Positions 18,940-29,830 of a stretch of DNA of 64,000 bases are shown piece after piece (positions within the stretch are counted from its first letter, which is position 1; every line of letters starts with the position of its first letter). A program made the position numbers and the translations under genes. The stretch is taken from the IMG/VR virus record IMGVR_UViG_3300032093_000012, positions 1 to 64,000 of that record. One strand, written 5' to 3'. The DNA is from a virus. Under the pieces are notes generated by a model. The model was not told the origin of the DNA, made no database searches, and worked only from the letters and a program-made list of their open reading frames with translations.

Positions 18940-20988
18940 TTAGAATTCAAAAATTATTTTAAACGTTTCTTTTTGTGTATTGCTTCTTTCAACCGCTTCA
19001 ATATTATTCAAATATAAAATCTCGCCAGATCCATATACTAGTTCTCCAATATAAGAATTGGATACATGAGCTATAGCAGTGCTATTTGAACCAATTACCG
19101 TATAAGATACATTACCAACATTACCAAATTGAAAATTGCCAGTAGTATTTGAAACATAAAGTATCACACCATTACTAACTGTATTTATAGTGGAATGAAG
19201 AGCAGCTTTTGCAACGGTCGTGTTAGTTTGATATATTATTTCATTTTCGCTAAAAGTACCAGAAACTACATTTCCAATAAACTTATTAAGTTGTATAAAT
19301 GTATTAAATCCTTTAGATACATCGCTAATAGTAATAGTACTAATATTTGCATGAGCTCCGGACTGTTCACCTATGACCACATCGCCAGTAGCAAATATAC
19401 CTTGAGTGTTTGATAATAACACCGAGTTAGCTTGAATGATATCTGATATGTATGCATTTGAAGTAATATTCGGTATGTATATCCAAGCGTTATTAGAAGT
19501 AAAATTACTATTTGATGTTAACGTTATCTGTGAAGAATTAACAATTGAATTGACTGTTACAAGAGAGTAGTCAGAAGAATCTGACTTCATTAAAAGTAGT
19601 TTATCACCGACATTTACTTGATTCTCAAAGTCAGCTGTGCTACATATAATATTAGCAGTTGATGAATTAGAAATAGCATTTATATTAATTCTAACTGGTT
19701 CTATTTTTACTATCTTTTCTCCTGACGTCAAAGATCCAGTAATTGTATCAAAATTTAGTTTAACGTTATTGAACAGAGGATCTCTTAATAGACCTACTTG
19801 ATTAAACTTATTTGAAGTTAGTATTGTATTGCTTTCATTATTTGAAAATTCAACACTTATTATTGCTGATGTGCTATATAATTCATTTTCTGGGCTTGAA
19901 CCGTGACCACCTGGAGGTGAATATATTGGTCTAACATTTGCTTCAACAAATCCATTAGCAGCTTTTACTATTGAATTAGCTTCTATAACAGCAGTATGAT
20001 AGGTATATCCAACACCCTGATCGAGCATCTCAATTCTATATACACTATTACTTGAGCTGCTGTTTATTAAAGCTCTTGCTACAGCATTTACTGTTTCTGT
20101 TTTAGAACTAGTTATTTTAATGCTTGGATATATTTCATATTCGGAACCATTTGTAGGTGAAATAGTAAATGCAGATTCTAATTCTATATAATTTCCATTA
20201 GAATTCGTGAAATAGTTAGTTATTTTTTTAAACTGACCTAATCCAGTTCCACCTGAAATATAGATTAAACAATCTGTATAAAATCCATTAGATAGACTTA
20301 ATGAATTATTAGAAATTTCATATAAAGTAGAATTACCATTTACTTTAATTTGACTGCCAATAAAAGTTCCTTCTGTATAATTATCATATCTTTTTCCAGG
20401 ATCAATAATATTGATGATATTGATAGAGCCGGCTACTGCGTAATTAATTACAGATGTATTTGCTACTATTGGAAAATAATCTTGATTTGAAAATTTGTTT
20501 TTATCTGCTGCAGATACAGAATACATGTATTTCCAACGATAACCATCGGATGTTTCATACACGTCAGTATTTGCTCCAGAAATATGTGATATATCAGGAG
20601 TAATAGTAGAATATGTGTTTCCATTATTATCTAAACATTTATATACGTGATAATAAGAAGAAGCATTAACTATGGCATAATAATCTTTTGTATACAATAA
20701 TGTATCTGTATCATCATACATTGCATATTTTGTATTAGAAACATATGGTATATTTCTAATAGCTAACTTTACGTCGTTAGGTGTAACACGTTTTCCCATT
20801 ATCATGTTTTGATAAGTATCAAATATAACATCTCTGTCACTAGTAGATATGTCTCTAATTTCTGCTCTATCATATTGATCACCAACAAATACATAATATG
20901 CAGTATTAGTTGTCTCAGAAACAGACTCTATAAATTGAGTTGCAACATGGTGTTTATTATGTATAGTTACTAATTTAGTTGCCATCAT
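18940..20988 (-). CDS. gp8: Baseplate wedge subunit gp8-like
   Basis: VYKCLDN, DGYRWKYMYS, SPPGGHG and SGEILYLNN...KIIFEF motifs; follows gp6 and gp7. Confidence 0.85.
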   Translation of the reverse strand: MMATKLVTIHNKHHVATQFIESVSETTNTAYYVFVGDQYDRAEIRDISTSDRDVIFDTYQNMIMGKRVTPNDVKLAIRNIPYVSNTKYAMYDDTDTLLYTKDYYAIVNASSYYHVYKCLDNNGNTYSTITPDISHISGANTDVYETSDGYRWKYMYSVSAADKNKFSNQDYFPIVANTSVINYAVAGSINIINIIDPGKRYDNYTEGTFIGSQIKVNGNSTLYEISNNSLSLSNGFYTDCLIYISGGTGLGQFKKITNYFTNSNGNYIELESAFTISPTNGSEYEIYPSIKITSSKTETVNAVARALINSSSSNSVYRIEMLDQGVGYTYHTAVIEANSIVKAANGFVEANVRPIYSPPGGHGSSPENELYSTSAIISVEFSNNESNTILTSNKFNQVGLLRDPLFNNVKLNFDTITGSLTSGEKIVKIEPVRININAISNSSTANIICSTADFENQVNVGDKLLLMKSDSSDYSLVTVNSIVNSSQITLTSNSNFTSNNAWIYIPNITSNAYISDIIQANSVLLSNTQGIFATGDVVIGEQSGAHANISTITISDVSKGFNTFIQLNKFIGNVVSGTFSENEIIYQTNTTVAKAALHSTINTVSNGVILYVSNTTGNFQFGNVGNVSYTVIGSNSTAIAHVSNSYIGELVYGSGEILYLNNIEAVERSNTQKETFKIIFEF

Positions 20989-23477
20989 TCTACCGTTATA
21001 TCTGTATCTAATATATTAATTTGTGCATTTAATACATCAGAATAAATGAATCTTGCAAAATACTTTGTTCCGGCCAAGTGAAGGACCTGTTTTAGCATCT
21101 CTTCATATTTATTAAGTTTTACAGAAGACTGTATTTCATATGAATAATCTTGATAATATAAACCATCAAACAGCTTCTTAGTATCACTCAAGAACCCATC
21201 ATTTTGTTTATAAAATCCACTAGCTTCTCCATGTGTTTTTAACACAGCAGTTCCAGTAGCAATAGAATCATTATTTGTTGATGTGATGGTAACGGATTCT
21301 AATTTTTTATAACCATATCCGGAGTCTAGTATCTGTAACTCACTTATTGCACCTATTGAAGTCTGTGTTTCATCGTTAATGACTGCATTAAATCCTAAGT
21401 AATCTGAAGTAAATTGTATTTGAACGTTTGTAACATTCGCAAATGAACCACCTGTTTCACCATATATTCTAGTTGAACTATTCGTTGTAATAGTAAAATT
21501 ATTTGTGTCTTTAAATCTCAATCTTTCTAAAATCAACGTTGTAGTATTTGCAAATTTTACTATGCCTCTGGAACTATTATTATCTTGAGTTACAACTTCT
21601 CCAACTGCGTAGCTGGAAGTAACGTTTGCTATGTTTAGTATAGCATCTTGTTTTAAATAACGATATGTTTTTGGTTCATATACAAGTACGAAAGGCGGAG
21701 CACTATAATTAGATCCTGGATTAATTGCTCTAAGAGCGTTTATTTTACCAATCTGATTATTTGTATAAGTTAATGCATTCGCAATTACTGTAGTTAAATT
21801 TGCTGTCGGTAAAGCAGTAAAGTTATAAACACCACTAAGAGCATTAGATGATACACTTGAAATATAATTTGTGTTTATATCAACATATTCTGTATAGATT
21901 AAATCATTTGATATGCTAAAAGAAGCTCCGCTTCCGGTACTAATACTTTTTACTACAGCAGTAGTATTATAATTTTCTGTGTTTGAATAGAAATAATTAT
22001 TGCTATAGCTAGAGAAAGAAAAAGCTGGATCTATTATGCCAATTTTTATTTCAACAGAATCAATGTTAGCAATTAAGTTATTACTATAAAGTGGCAATGT
22101 TCTTCTAAATACACCATGACTGTCAGATACTGTTAATATGCCATTAGAACCAACGGTAGTTACATATTTTATTATTGTACCATTAGCTATGACAGTGTTA
22201 GAGCCAGGATCAACCTGATACACAATATTGTTAGCAACAAAAACATTATTGCTATTAACAGTGTATAGTATTAAATTACTTGAAGTACCAATCACATTTC
22301 CGGTTGCTGTTCTATCTGCATAACCATTTGATACTGATTGATTAGCAGATACAGCATTTCCTGTTGTATAGAATGCATTTGCTTGTAAGTTGCCAGAATA
22401 TTTAATAATGAATATTTGACCATTTGTAGCTGTATTTGTAGAAGACGATATAACTTTTCCTTCACCCCTTACTGCATTATTTGGGTGATATGTGTAGATA
22501 TAATCTCCAGATGTAAATACACCTGTACAGTTTAAGAAATTTATATTAGCTAATGGTTGTACAACACTATTAAATATTTCGAAATAATTATTGGTACTTA
22601 TATTTGAAGTTACAACATTACTTAATGTTAACACTTTATCTGATACTAATACTTCTGCATTTGCTGTATACGCATATCCACCATTTATTAGTTCAAAATT
22701 TACAGTTCCAATAGTACTAGCAATATTACTTACTCTAGCTTTAGCACCAGCTCCAAAGGTAGATTCAAGATTTACTATATCACCAATATTGTATCCGGCG
22801 CCAACACCATATGTGCTAACTAAAACTTCATTTAATGAACCTATAATATGAGGTTTTTTTTCACTATCAAATATATTTTCTGCAGTATTGACTGCTTCAT
22901 CTGTTATAAAATTGCCATTTAATGAAGAAATATAAGCTATATCTACCAATACATTTTTAATACGTTTTCTGACTATTGCATCTACATATGCAGTAGCTTT
23001 GCTAGTCTGACCTGTGATTGTTTTTCCGGTTAACTTATAATTATGTGGACTGCAGTTTAATTCTAAATATTTTTGTTTTTTCCAAACACCAGAAGATAAT
23101 GAAAATACATCTTCAGCTGGATAATATATCTCAGCAGGAACACCGAAAACTAGTTTAAACATTAAGTCTATAGCTCTTTCGGTACCCTTAGATCTATAAA
23201 GATCTAGTGTATGCTTCAAGAGTTGTCTAGTATTAGTAGTTGTTTCGAATTGAATATTTTTTAAATATTTCTCTTTAAAATAAACTAAGAATTGATCTGT
23301 AGTTTCATCAAGATCTTTATACTCGAAAAAATTTCTTGAATGTTTTAAAGAGTTTTCTTGTTCTAACCATCTATAATATTGTTTAACAAACTCAATAAAA
23401 ACTGGTCCTTCTTCTCTATAGATAGAAGGAAATTGACTTTCTATGAAGTTTGAAATCTTTTTTTGTACAACTTCCAT
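20985..23477 (-). CDS. gp7: Baseplate wedge protein gp7-like
   Basis: IESQFP...FIEFVKQYY, LYRSKGT and C-terminal YYQDYSYEI...HLAG motifs. Confidence 0.8.
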   Translation of the reverse strand: MEVVQKKISNFIESQFPSIYREEGPVFIEFVKQYYRWLEQENSLKHSRNFFEYKDLDETTDQFLVYFKEKYLKNIQFETTTNTRQLLKHTLDLYRSKGTERAIDLMFKLVFGVPAEIYYPAEDVFSLSSGVWKKQKYLELNCSPHNYKLTGKTITGQTSKATAYVDAIVRKRIKNVLVDIAYISSLNGNFITDEAVNTAENIFDSEKKPHIIGSLNEVLVSTYGVGAGYNIGDIVNLESTFGAGAKARVSNIASTIGTVNFELINGGYAYTANAEVLVSDKVLTLSNVVTSNISTNNYFEIFNSVVQPLANINFLNCTGVFTSGDYIYTYHPNNAVRGEGKVISSSTNTATNGQIFIIKYSGNLQANAFYTTGNAVSANQSVSNGYADRTATGNVIGTSSNLILYTVNSNNVFVANNIVYQVDPGSNTVIANGTIIKYVTTVGSNGILTVSDSHGVFRRTLPLYSNNLIANIDSVEIKIGIIDPAFSFSSYSNNYFYSNTENYNTTAVVKSISTGSGASFSISNDLIYTEYVDINTNYISSVSSNALSGVYNFTALPTANLTTVIANALTYTNNQIGKINALRAINPGSNYSAPPFVLVYEPKTYRYLKQDAILNIANVTSSYAVGEVVTQDNNSSRGIVKFANTTTLILERLRFKDTNNFTITTNSSTRIYGETGGSFANVTNVQIQFTSDYLGFNAVINDETQTSIGAISELQILDSGYGYKKLESVTITSTNNDSIATGTAVLKTHGEASGFYKQNDGFLSDTKKLFDGLYYQDYSYEIQSSVKLNKYEEMLKQVLHLAGTKYFARFIYSDVLNAQINILDTDITVE

Positions 23478-25270
23478 TATACTCTAACCGGCTCGATACT
23501 TACTTTAATCTCGGAAGATTCAATTGTTAATATAGTGTTTTTACCAACACTAATATCATTGTCTTTTGGTTTTGCATATATTTTGAAGTCATTTCCCTGG
23601 AATGCATCTGGTATAAAATTAATTAGTTTAAGAGTTCCAGTATCATAATTAACTGTACCAATATCAATTATTTTTTTATGCACATCGCCTATTAGTTGAA
23701 CTATTTTTAATATTCCACTGCTATTATCTTCTATTAAACATTCAATACCGTTGAATGTAAATACTGAACTAGTTATAGTGTGTCTATCTGTTGCTAGATA
23801 TTGATCTGGTAATTCCGGAAGATCATTAATTAAAGGAACGTTGAAATTAATATCATAGTTTTGTCCTACACCCAGCTGTAATTTAATCTTTTTATAGATC
23901 TGTAACTCTGTTAAGTTACTAACAATACTTGTATCAGAACTATCTATAGAAGAATTAAATTTACTATATCTAAGTGTAGTATTAAAATCATTTAAATATT
24001 CAGTATTATAATTTGTAATAGATTGAGTTACTAGTGATTTTAATCTTTCAGGTGTAGCTTTAGATATATTGATATTGTATCTGACTTTACTTGTGACAGA
24101 AATATATGTGAATATAGGTTCGATTATGATCGGATCAATTGACAGTGGTGATCTTCTTTTTATGAAAGAATAATACTCGTTCTTTCTATTTTCCGGTATA
24201 CCTTCTACATCAGAAACATCGATAGCTATGAATACTTTACCAAATCTAGGAGGATCAACTTCTTCGCCACCATAAACAGATAAAGTATTGATTTCCGGAA
24301 ACTGTGTCTTTAATATGATCTCATAATCAGAAGGTGTTACAGCTCTTTCTTGTATTTGAAAGTGCCTAGGAGCATAGTACTTAACTGAATTAATTGATTC
24401 TCTTTCTAATCCACCAATAGATTCTTCTAATACAGTTAAACTCGGAGTTTCTAATAAATCTCCACCAGTTGGATCAAAGTTTATACTTAAATCTTTAGCT
24501 CCATTGCCTATAATTCCTCTAGAAACTCTATAGTCTAATATGATAGTAGATCTATCTTTTGGCTTTTTACCAATAATACCATCACCAAATATTACTTCGT
24601 AATTTCCTAGATCACTAGCCTGTAAGAAAAACACTTTAGATGTATTGCTTAATCCTAAAAGTGTTGAAGCTAATGAGTAGTTTTCTCCTACATCATTGCC
24701 ATCTTCATATACAGTAACTGTCAAACTTTCTGTATCGATATTTTTATTTGTAGCTATAAATCTTTGATTTTCTTGATTATAATCTACTATAAAAGATTCT
24801 TTTAAATAGATACCTTCATACACATATGTTTCGAAATTAAAAGATGTATTAGGAGAAGAAACCGTAATACTTTCTGGAATAGTAAAGATAACAGAATCAT
24901 TTTTAATGATAGATGTGAATGAAGAACCCTTCTCAATTAAGTACGGCTGTGTATCTCCAGAAGCTTGAAAATCAACTCGTATTTTACATCTTGAAGATCT
25001 AGCAGATCTAGGAACATAATTCAATTCTTTAGCATGTGAAAGCACAGAAGCTTCAAGCTGGGAAGAATCTAAGAAAGCTTCTGACACAGCCATATTAAGA
25101 TAAAAAGCATTCTTATAAGAGTTATAAGCAAGTAGGTCCATTAATACCGAAATATTAGAACCTTCGAAATCATAATCTTTAAAAGTATCTTGTGATCTTA
25201 AGAAGTTTTTAAAGTCATTTTTTAATGTATTAAAATCTAAACCTACTAGGTTTAATGAGCTGTTTGCCAT
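23477..25270 (-). CDS. gp6: Baseplate wedge subunit gp6
   Basis: LDF..LK..F..FL, DYDFEGSN, LAYN, QERAVT..DY and GGEE.DPP.FGKVFI motifs. Confidence 0.93.
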   Translation of the reverse strand: MANSSLNLVGLDFNTLKNDFKNFLRSQDTFKDYDFEGSNISVLMDLLAYNSYKNAFYLNMAVSEAFLDSSQLEASVLSHAKELNYVPRSARSSRCKIRVDFQASGDTQPYLIEKGSSFTSIIKNDSVIFTIPESITVSSPNTSFNFETYVYEGIYLKESFIVDYNQENQRFIATNKNIDTESLTVTVYEDGNDVGENYSLASTLLGLSNTSKVFFLQASDLGNYEVIFGDGIIGKKPKDRSTIILDYRVSRGIIGNGAKDLSINFDPTGGDLLETPSLTVLEESIGGLERESINSVKYYAPRHFQIQERAVTPSDYEIILKTQFPEINTLSVYGGEEVDPPRFGKVFIAIDVSDVEGIPENRKNEYYSFIKRRSPLSIDPIIIEPIFTYISVTSKVRYNINISKATPERLKSLVTQSITNYNTEYLNDFNTTLRYSKFNSSIDSSDTSIVSNLTELQIYKKIKLQLGVGQNYDINFNVPLINDLPELPDQYLATDRHTITSSVFTFNGIECLIEDNSSGILKIVQLIGDVHKKIIDIGTVNYDTGTLKLINFIPDAFQGNDFKIYAKPKDNDISVGKNTILTIESSEIKVSIEPVRV

Positions 25271-25689
25271 TATCTTACTCTATTTAAAATTAAATTTAAT
25301 GTTATCTCTTCAGGTATATTTATGATTTTAAATACGACTTTTACATAGTAAGCATTATTTTCGGCGTTAGGTTGAACATCAATGTTAACAAGTCTGGCTC
25401 TTGGTTCATGGTTCTCAATAGATTCTTCAATAGTTGTTCTTACTAATTCTGCTGTAACTGGATCTATTGGCTCAAATAATAATGTAGCCATCTTAGAACC
25501 AATAGTTGAATTAAAAAATCTTTCACCATTACCTGTTAGTACTAAGTTTTTAACTGAATTCTTAACTGCGTTCTCGTTAGTAGTTTTGGCCAGATACCCA
25601 GTTAAAGGATTCAAATCTAGATTATTTGTAAAGTCTGCATAGAATATTGGTTTATCTGATAAACCGGTGTATCTGTCTGAACGTGCCAT
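25270..25689 (-). CDS. gp25: Baseplate wedge subunit gp25
   Basis: AVKNSVKNLVLT..GERFF...G....LLFE...EPR motif. Confidence 0.93.
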   Translation of the reverse strand: MARSDRYTGLSDKPIFYADFTNNLDLNPLTGYLAKTTNENAVKNSVKNLVLTGNGERFFNSTIGSKMATLLFEPIDPVTAELVRTTIEESIENHEPRARLVNIDVQPNAENNAYYVKVVFKIINIPEEITLNLILNRVR

Positions 25690-25693
25690 TTAA

Positions 25694-25984
25694 TTATCCT
25701 GCGAATACGTTTCCTGAGCCAGCTGCTACAGATGTACAGCCTGAAATTCCATCTCCAACTCTACCACAACCTTTACCATTAATAAACACTTTTGTAGAAC
25801 CAGTAGTTATTGGCGCACTATGTGAAGGACAAGGATCATCACTCGGAAGAAGATGTGATGTATTATTATCACCTTGTCTACTTACACCAATACCATTAAC
25901 AAACACATCACCAGAACAACCACTCCTTACCATGCCGGAACAGTGTGCAACATCTGCATCGCCTTGTCTAGTTACTGCTGGCAT
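25694..25984 (-). CDS. PAAR spike-tip protein (gp5.4-like)
   Basis: MPAVTRQGD; repeated GS..VF.NG....R.GD units with Cys/His metal ligands. Confidence 0.92.
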   Translation of the reverse strand: MPAVTRQGDADVAHCSGMVRSGCSGDVFVNGIGVSRQGDNNTSHLLPSDDPCPSHSAPITTGSTKVFINGKGCGRVGDGISGCTSVAAGSGNVFAG

Positions 25985-26181
25985 TACTTTGTTTCTCTCT
26001 TCATTAGTTCTTGTAATCTATGATTCCACTTATCAATCTCATTGTGTTGTTCATGTGTATGAGGACCATCAGGTACTTCTGGTATAAATTTTATTACATT
26101 ATCAAAAGAATCAGGTATATCTTCATATTTATCGTATTCAAAAAGAATACCATCTTTTAATATGACGAATAAGTGTGCCAT
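25984..26181 (-). CDS. Conserved small protein next to PAAR
   Basis: DIPDSFDNVIKFIP..P.GPHTHEQH; translationally coupled on both sides. Confidence 0.7.
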   Translation of the reverse strand: MAHLFVILKDGILFEYDKYEDIPDSFDNVIKFIPEVPDGPHTHEQHNEIDKWNHRLQELMKRETK

Positions 26182-26708
26182 TAGTTCAGATCAATCCTTG
26201 GAGCTGTCTGTGTCATGTTACCATCGGAAGCAATGTTTGTACTACCACCAACAAGAAGATTAAAGTTACCAGAACAATTGAGATCCATATTTCCACGAGC
26301 TCCAATATAGACGTCTTCTCCTGCCATCTTTAAATTGCCATGAGCATGAACCAGAGCATCACCACCGACTGCGATAGATGCATCTCCACCAATCTCAACA
26401 TGTGCTCCTGCTCCAACACTTAATCTTGCATGACCACCTATCTTTATATCGCCATTTTCTTGAATTGTTAGTGTTAGACCACCTTTTAAATAGTTTTGTT
26501 TATTACCAACACATACTTCTACTGATTTACCATCATCTGATATCTCTGTATAAGTTCCAGACGGGTGTTCAACTCTATATCTTTTTGCACCATCAGTATC
26601 ATCCATAGTGATTCTATGTCCACCAGGTGATTCTGTTACATTTACTTTAGAATACTTTGCATTAAAAGTAGTTTCTGGTAATCTTTCATCGTCTCTCTGA
26701 ATAGCCAT
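26181..26708 (-). CDS. gp5 C-terminal beta-helix spike portion
   Basis: ESPGGH.I.MDDT.G..R....HPSGTY.EI followed by 8-residue V/I-x-G repeats; ends IDLN. Confidence 0.85.
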   Translation of the reverse strand: MAIQRDDERLPETTFNAKYSKVNVTESPGGHRITMDDTDGAKRYRVEHPSGTYTEISDDGKSVEVCVGNKQNYLKGGLTLTIQENGDIKIGGHARLSVGAGAHVEIGGDASIAVGGDALVHAHGNLKMAGEDVYIGARGNMDLNCSGNFNLLVGGSTNIASDGNMTQTAPRIDLN

Positions 26709-26709
26709 A

Positions 26710-27693
26710 TTATACCTTCTTTAAACTTTGTATCTGTGCAGATATTGATTCTCTTAGTTTTATGCTATTTGTTTTAATTAAATCAACGTGAGATGGCAAT
26801 TTGCTTGAACCAGTATCTGCGATCTTAGTGCCGAGATCTACTATCAAATTACATTGTTGTGTATATAGTATTTGATTCTTTAATGTCTCAGTAGATTTTA
26901 TGATCTTACTAGAATTAGATCTATATGTCGCCGCATCTTTGGGGTTTATCGAATCGATTGTTTTAATAACTTGATTAACTAATTCCAGCAGAGCGATTAG
27001 TTGCAATAGTAAATTATTATTATTATCTTCTTTTTTATTTTGTGTTACTTGTTTTAAAACTTGTTGAAACGCTGCAGCACCTACCATATTCAAAGCTTTG
27101 CCTGCAGGTGAATTCTGCAAACCCTTCATCATGCTAAGAGCTCCAGCACCGAGTGTTCCGGCTGCATTTGATGGATCAACTTTTTTTATTTGATCTATAG
27201 CATTTGCACCAGTAGGCACTTGTGTTCCAAGTGTTTTTAGATCACCAAACTTAGATGGACCATTTGCTTCTTTCTTAGCAAAAGAAGTTAGTCCTTTAGT
27301 ATCAAGTTTTCTTTCTCCTGTAGCAGATACAATATATCTTAGATCTTCTGTCTTAATATTAAATTTTCCAGGATCTTTAGATATACCAGATGGGATATCT
27401 CTACTCTCTTGACTTAAACTGCCATGTTTACCAGCGCTTGGCGCAGTAGCTAAAATATATGGTATCTGTTTATCGTTATCAATAAACATACCAAGAACAC
27501 GTGTACCTTTTTGATAAGCTGGAGTTGCACCAGCTCCATCTTTAGAAGCACTAGTTACTGGAAATAGTGGACGAGCATATCTTAATTCGCTGTCTTTAAG
27601 CTCAGTCTGATCACCCATGATTCTAATCTTAGCACGACCAGATTTTTCATCATCATTCTCAACATCAACTATTTCTGCCCAGAAAAAATTCAT
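26710..27693 (-). CDS. gp5 N-terminal OB-fold hub portion
   Basis: FFWAEIVDV..D...GRAKIRI.G...V.G.F.D...Q.P.I matches the gp5 OB domain; no lysozyme motif seen. Confidence 0.75.
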   Translation of the reverse strand: MNFFWAEIVDVENDDEKSGRAKIRIMGDQTELKDSELRYARPLFPVTSASKDGAGATPAYQKGTRVLGMFIDNDKQIPYILATAPSAGKHGSLSQESRDIPSGISKDPGKFNIKTEDLRYIVSATGERKLDTKGLTSFAKKEANGPSKFGDLKTLGTQVPTGANAIDQIKKVDPSNAAGTLGAGALSMMKGLQNSPAGKALNMVGAAAFQQVLKQVTQNKKEDNNNNLLLQLIALLELVNQVIKTIDSINPKDAATYRSNSSKIIKSTETLKNQILYTQQCNLIVDLGTKIADTGSSKLPSHVDLIKTNSIKLRESISAQIQSLKKV

Positions 27694-27696
27694 TAA

Positions 27697-28935
27697 TTAA
27701 GTTCCTTTGTTATACCCACCCTTAGCTAACTCTAATATAGTAGTAGCTTTAGGTTTAGCATTATACATCTTTATGTGGTGTCTTAAGTTTATTACTAGCA
27801 TATCACCACCAATAGGATTTCCGGATTGCGCATTAGTCATATCACCTATAGGTTGTGATATATCTGCTGAGACAGCTTTACCAACTGTGCACTTTATACC
27901 TGAGTCCATCAACACTTGTATAGTACATTGAGGACCATTTTTTACTTCTTGAACATATCTTTGTTCTTCTGCACTCTTCTCTGCTTGTACTGAGTTTTTT
28001 TCTAATCTCTTATCATGTGGTATAACAGTTGTAGATCTTGGTTTACCACTACTGCCATAATTATCATTAACTTTAAACTCACCACCTTTTTTTCCTTCAG
28101 CAGGATCTTTTACTTGGCCTTTATTAAACTTAGATTCTGAAGTACTATAGGTGCTAACCTGTGCAGATTTTCTAGAGTTCATGACATCACCAATATCAAA
28201 CCTGCCGCCAGGACTAAAAGATGTTTTTTCTTGAAAACCAATTATATTATAACTCTGACCTTCCATGTCTTTTATATTTCCACCTTGCGTAGACTTATGT
28301 GTAAACTTTGCTACTGGTGACATGTTATCAAACAACTCTTCTAATTGTTTAAAGATATAGTTTCCTTCTTTGTCTTCAAAAAAACAATAAGCTCCAGTCT
28401 TATATTTGTCACCGGTTATTCTAGTTCTTATACCATGTATTGCTTCAAATGGATTTAAGTTAGAAACTATATAAGGCTCATTCTCACCTATCATACCTTT
28501 ACTGCTAGATGCATCAAGGTTACCTTTAACACCAAGTTCATCAAATATCTTTTTTACAGCATCAGAACCGGTTATATTTTTAAATGATTTCTGTACAGTA
28601 GTAGTTTTATTCTTTAAAAAAATCTCACTAACTAGATTTAATTTTACACCTTGCACTCTCATATTCTGAGAAGAGTTACCATTTTCTGGTGATAATACTT
28701 TAAACTTTCCTGTGTATATTTCACCAGCACATTCAATACTCATCTCTACGTCTTCATTTCCTTTTATTTCTAAGTTTTTCATTACGTTATTTGTATCAGT
28801 AATGGTAACTTCAGCAGCTCTAAAGGGTTTAAAAAGACTTTCATAAATCGATAGTTCATAGACGTAAGGTGATAAGTCTGTACCATTTACAGATAATTGT
28901 CTTATGGTAACTTCACCAGGTGTTGGCATACTCAT
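27697..28935 (-). CDS. Baseplate hub protein (gp27/VgrG-N-like)
   Basis: IYESLF.P, Y.FFE....Y.F..LE.L and G..LV..LRH motifs; lies between gp53 and gp5. Confidence 0.6.
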   Translation of the reverse strand: MSMPTPGEVTIRQLSVNGTDLSPYVYELSIYESLFKPFRAAEVTITDTNNVMKNLEIKGNEDVEMSIECAGEIYTGKFKVLSPENGNSSQNMRVQGVKLNLVSEIFLKNKTTTVQKSFKNITGSDAVKKIFDELGVKGNLDASSSKGMIGENEPYIVSNLNPFEAIHGIRTRITGDKYKTGAYCFFEDKEGNYIFKQLEELFDNMSPVAKFTHKSTQGGNIKDMEGQSYNIIGFQEKTSFSPGGRFDIGDVMNSRKSAQVSTYSTSESKFNKGQVKDPAEGKKGGEFKVNDNYGSSGKPRSTTVIPHDKRLEKNSVQAEKSAEEQRYVQEVKNGPQCTIQVLMDSGIKCTVGKAVSADISQPIGDMTNAQSGNPIGGDMLVINLRHHIKMYNAKPKATTILELAKGGYNKGT

Positions 28936-28939
28936 GTTG

Positions 28940-29827
28940 TTAATCCAATAACTTTACTCTTAAGTTTTCAGCGGCTTCTAATGCAAAGTTTGAATCAAGC
29001 AATCTAATAGTCTTATTTGCTTCATTTTTTCTTCTTTCATATTCGTAACAAGAGATTGCAGTCCAATATATCGTTTCATCACTTGGTATGTTTTGTGATA
29101 TGACTTCGCTGTTAGTATATTGAGCTATAGTATTTGTTGAAGGTTGTACCACGTAAAAATTATTAGCTATACTGCCTTCTACATTTTTAATAGTTACTAC
29201 CGTGCTATTAGCAACAACGACTTCTGCATTAGCTGTAGTTTCAGATGTTGCATAGTTCTGTTTGATATTTACAATCTCACTGGTTGTAAATGAGTTGCCA
29301 TTTACATTTGAAGTTATAAATGAACTTAAATTTAATTTCATTATTTTATTCGTATTAACTATCCAATCTTCTTCCCTGAGTTTATAAGAAACGATTTTAA
29401 CACCAGCTCCATAGTCTGGTACATAATATTTTTTTAAAACATCCGGTAAATTATTATTATAAAAAGATACAGATATATCTGAAAGTTCGCCAAACCAATT
29501 AAGTTGATAATATTTTATTTTTTGTAAAGCTTTTTCATATGATCCATATGTATCTACTATCATATTATTAAAATCATTTTCAGAGATATACCATCCATAG
29601 TATGGATCTATGATTTCATTTTGTAAGTATATTAGCCATTCATATGCAGGATCATTATAATAATAATTTGAAACTTGATCTGGTCTTAAATCATTTTCAA
29701 TCTCATATAGATAAAACAGATTTTTTCTTCTCAAGATTTTTTGAGAGATAGAAACTCTTTTTGTTATATCTGTACAAGATGTATCATTGTACACAGTATT
29801 TGGGAATTTAGTAAAATATGTTTCCAT
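28940..29827 (-). CDS. gp53: Baseplate wedge protein gp53
   Basis: YFTKFP...RPDQVS..YY.DP.YEWLI.L.N.IIDPY..W and YEYE...NE..KTIRL motifs. Confidence 0.9.
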   Translation of the reverse strand: METYFTKFPNTVYNDTSCTDITKRVSISQKILRRKNLFYLYEIENDLRPDQVSNYYYNDPAYEWLIYLQNEIIDPYYGWYISENDFNNMIVDTYGSYEKALQKIKYYQLNWFGELSDISVSFYNNNLPDVLKKYYVPDYGAGVKIVSYKLREEDWIVNTNKIMKLNLSSFITSNVNGNSFTTSEIVNIKQNYATSETTANAEVVVANSTVVTIKNVEGSIANNFYVVQPSTNTIAQYTNSEVISQNIPSDETIYWTAISCYEYERRKNEANKTIRLLDSNFALEAAENLRVKLLD

Positions 29828-29830
29828 TAC

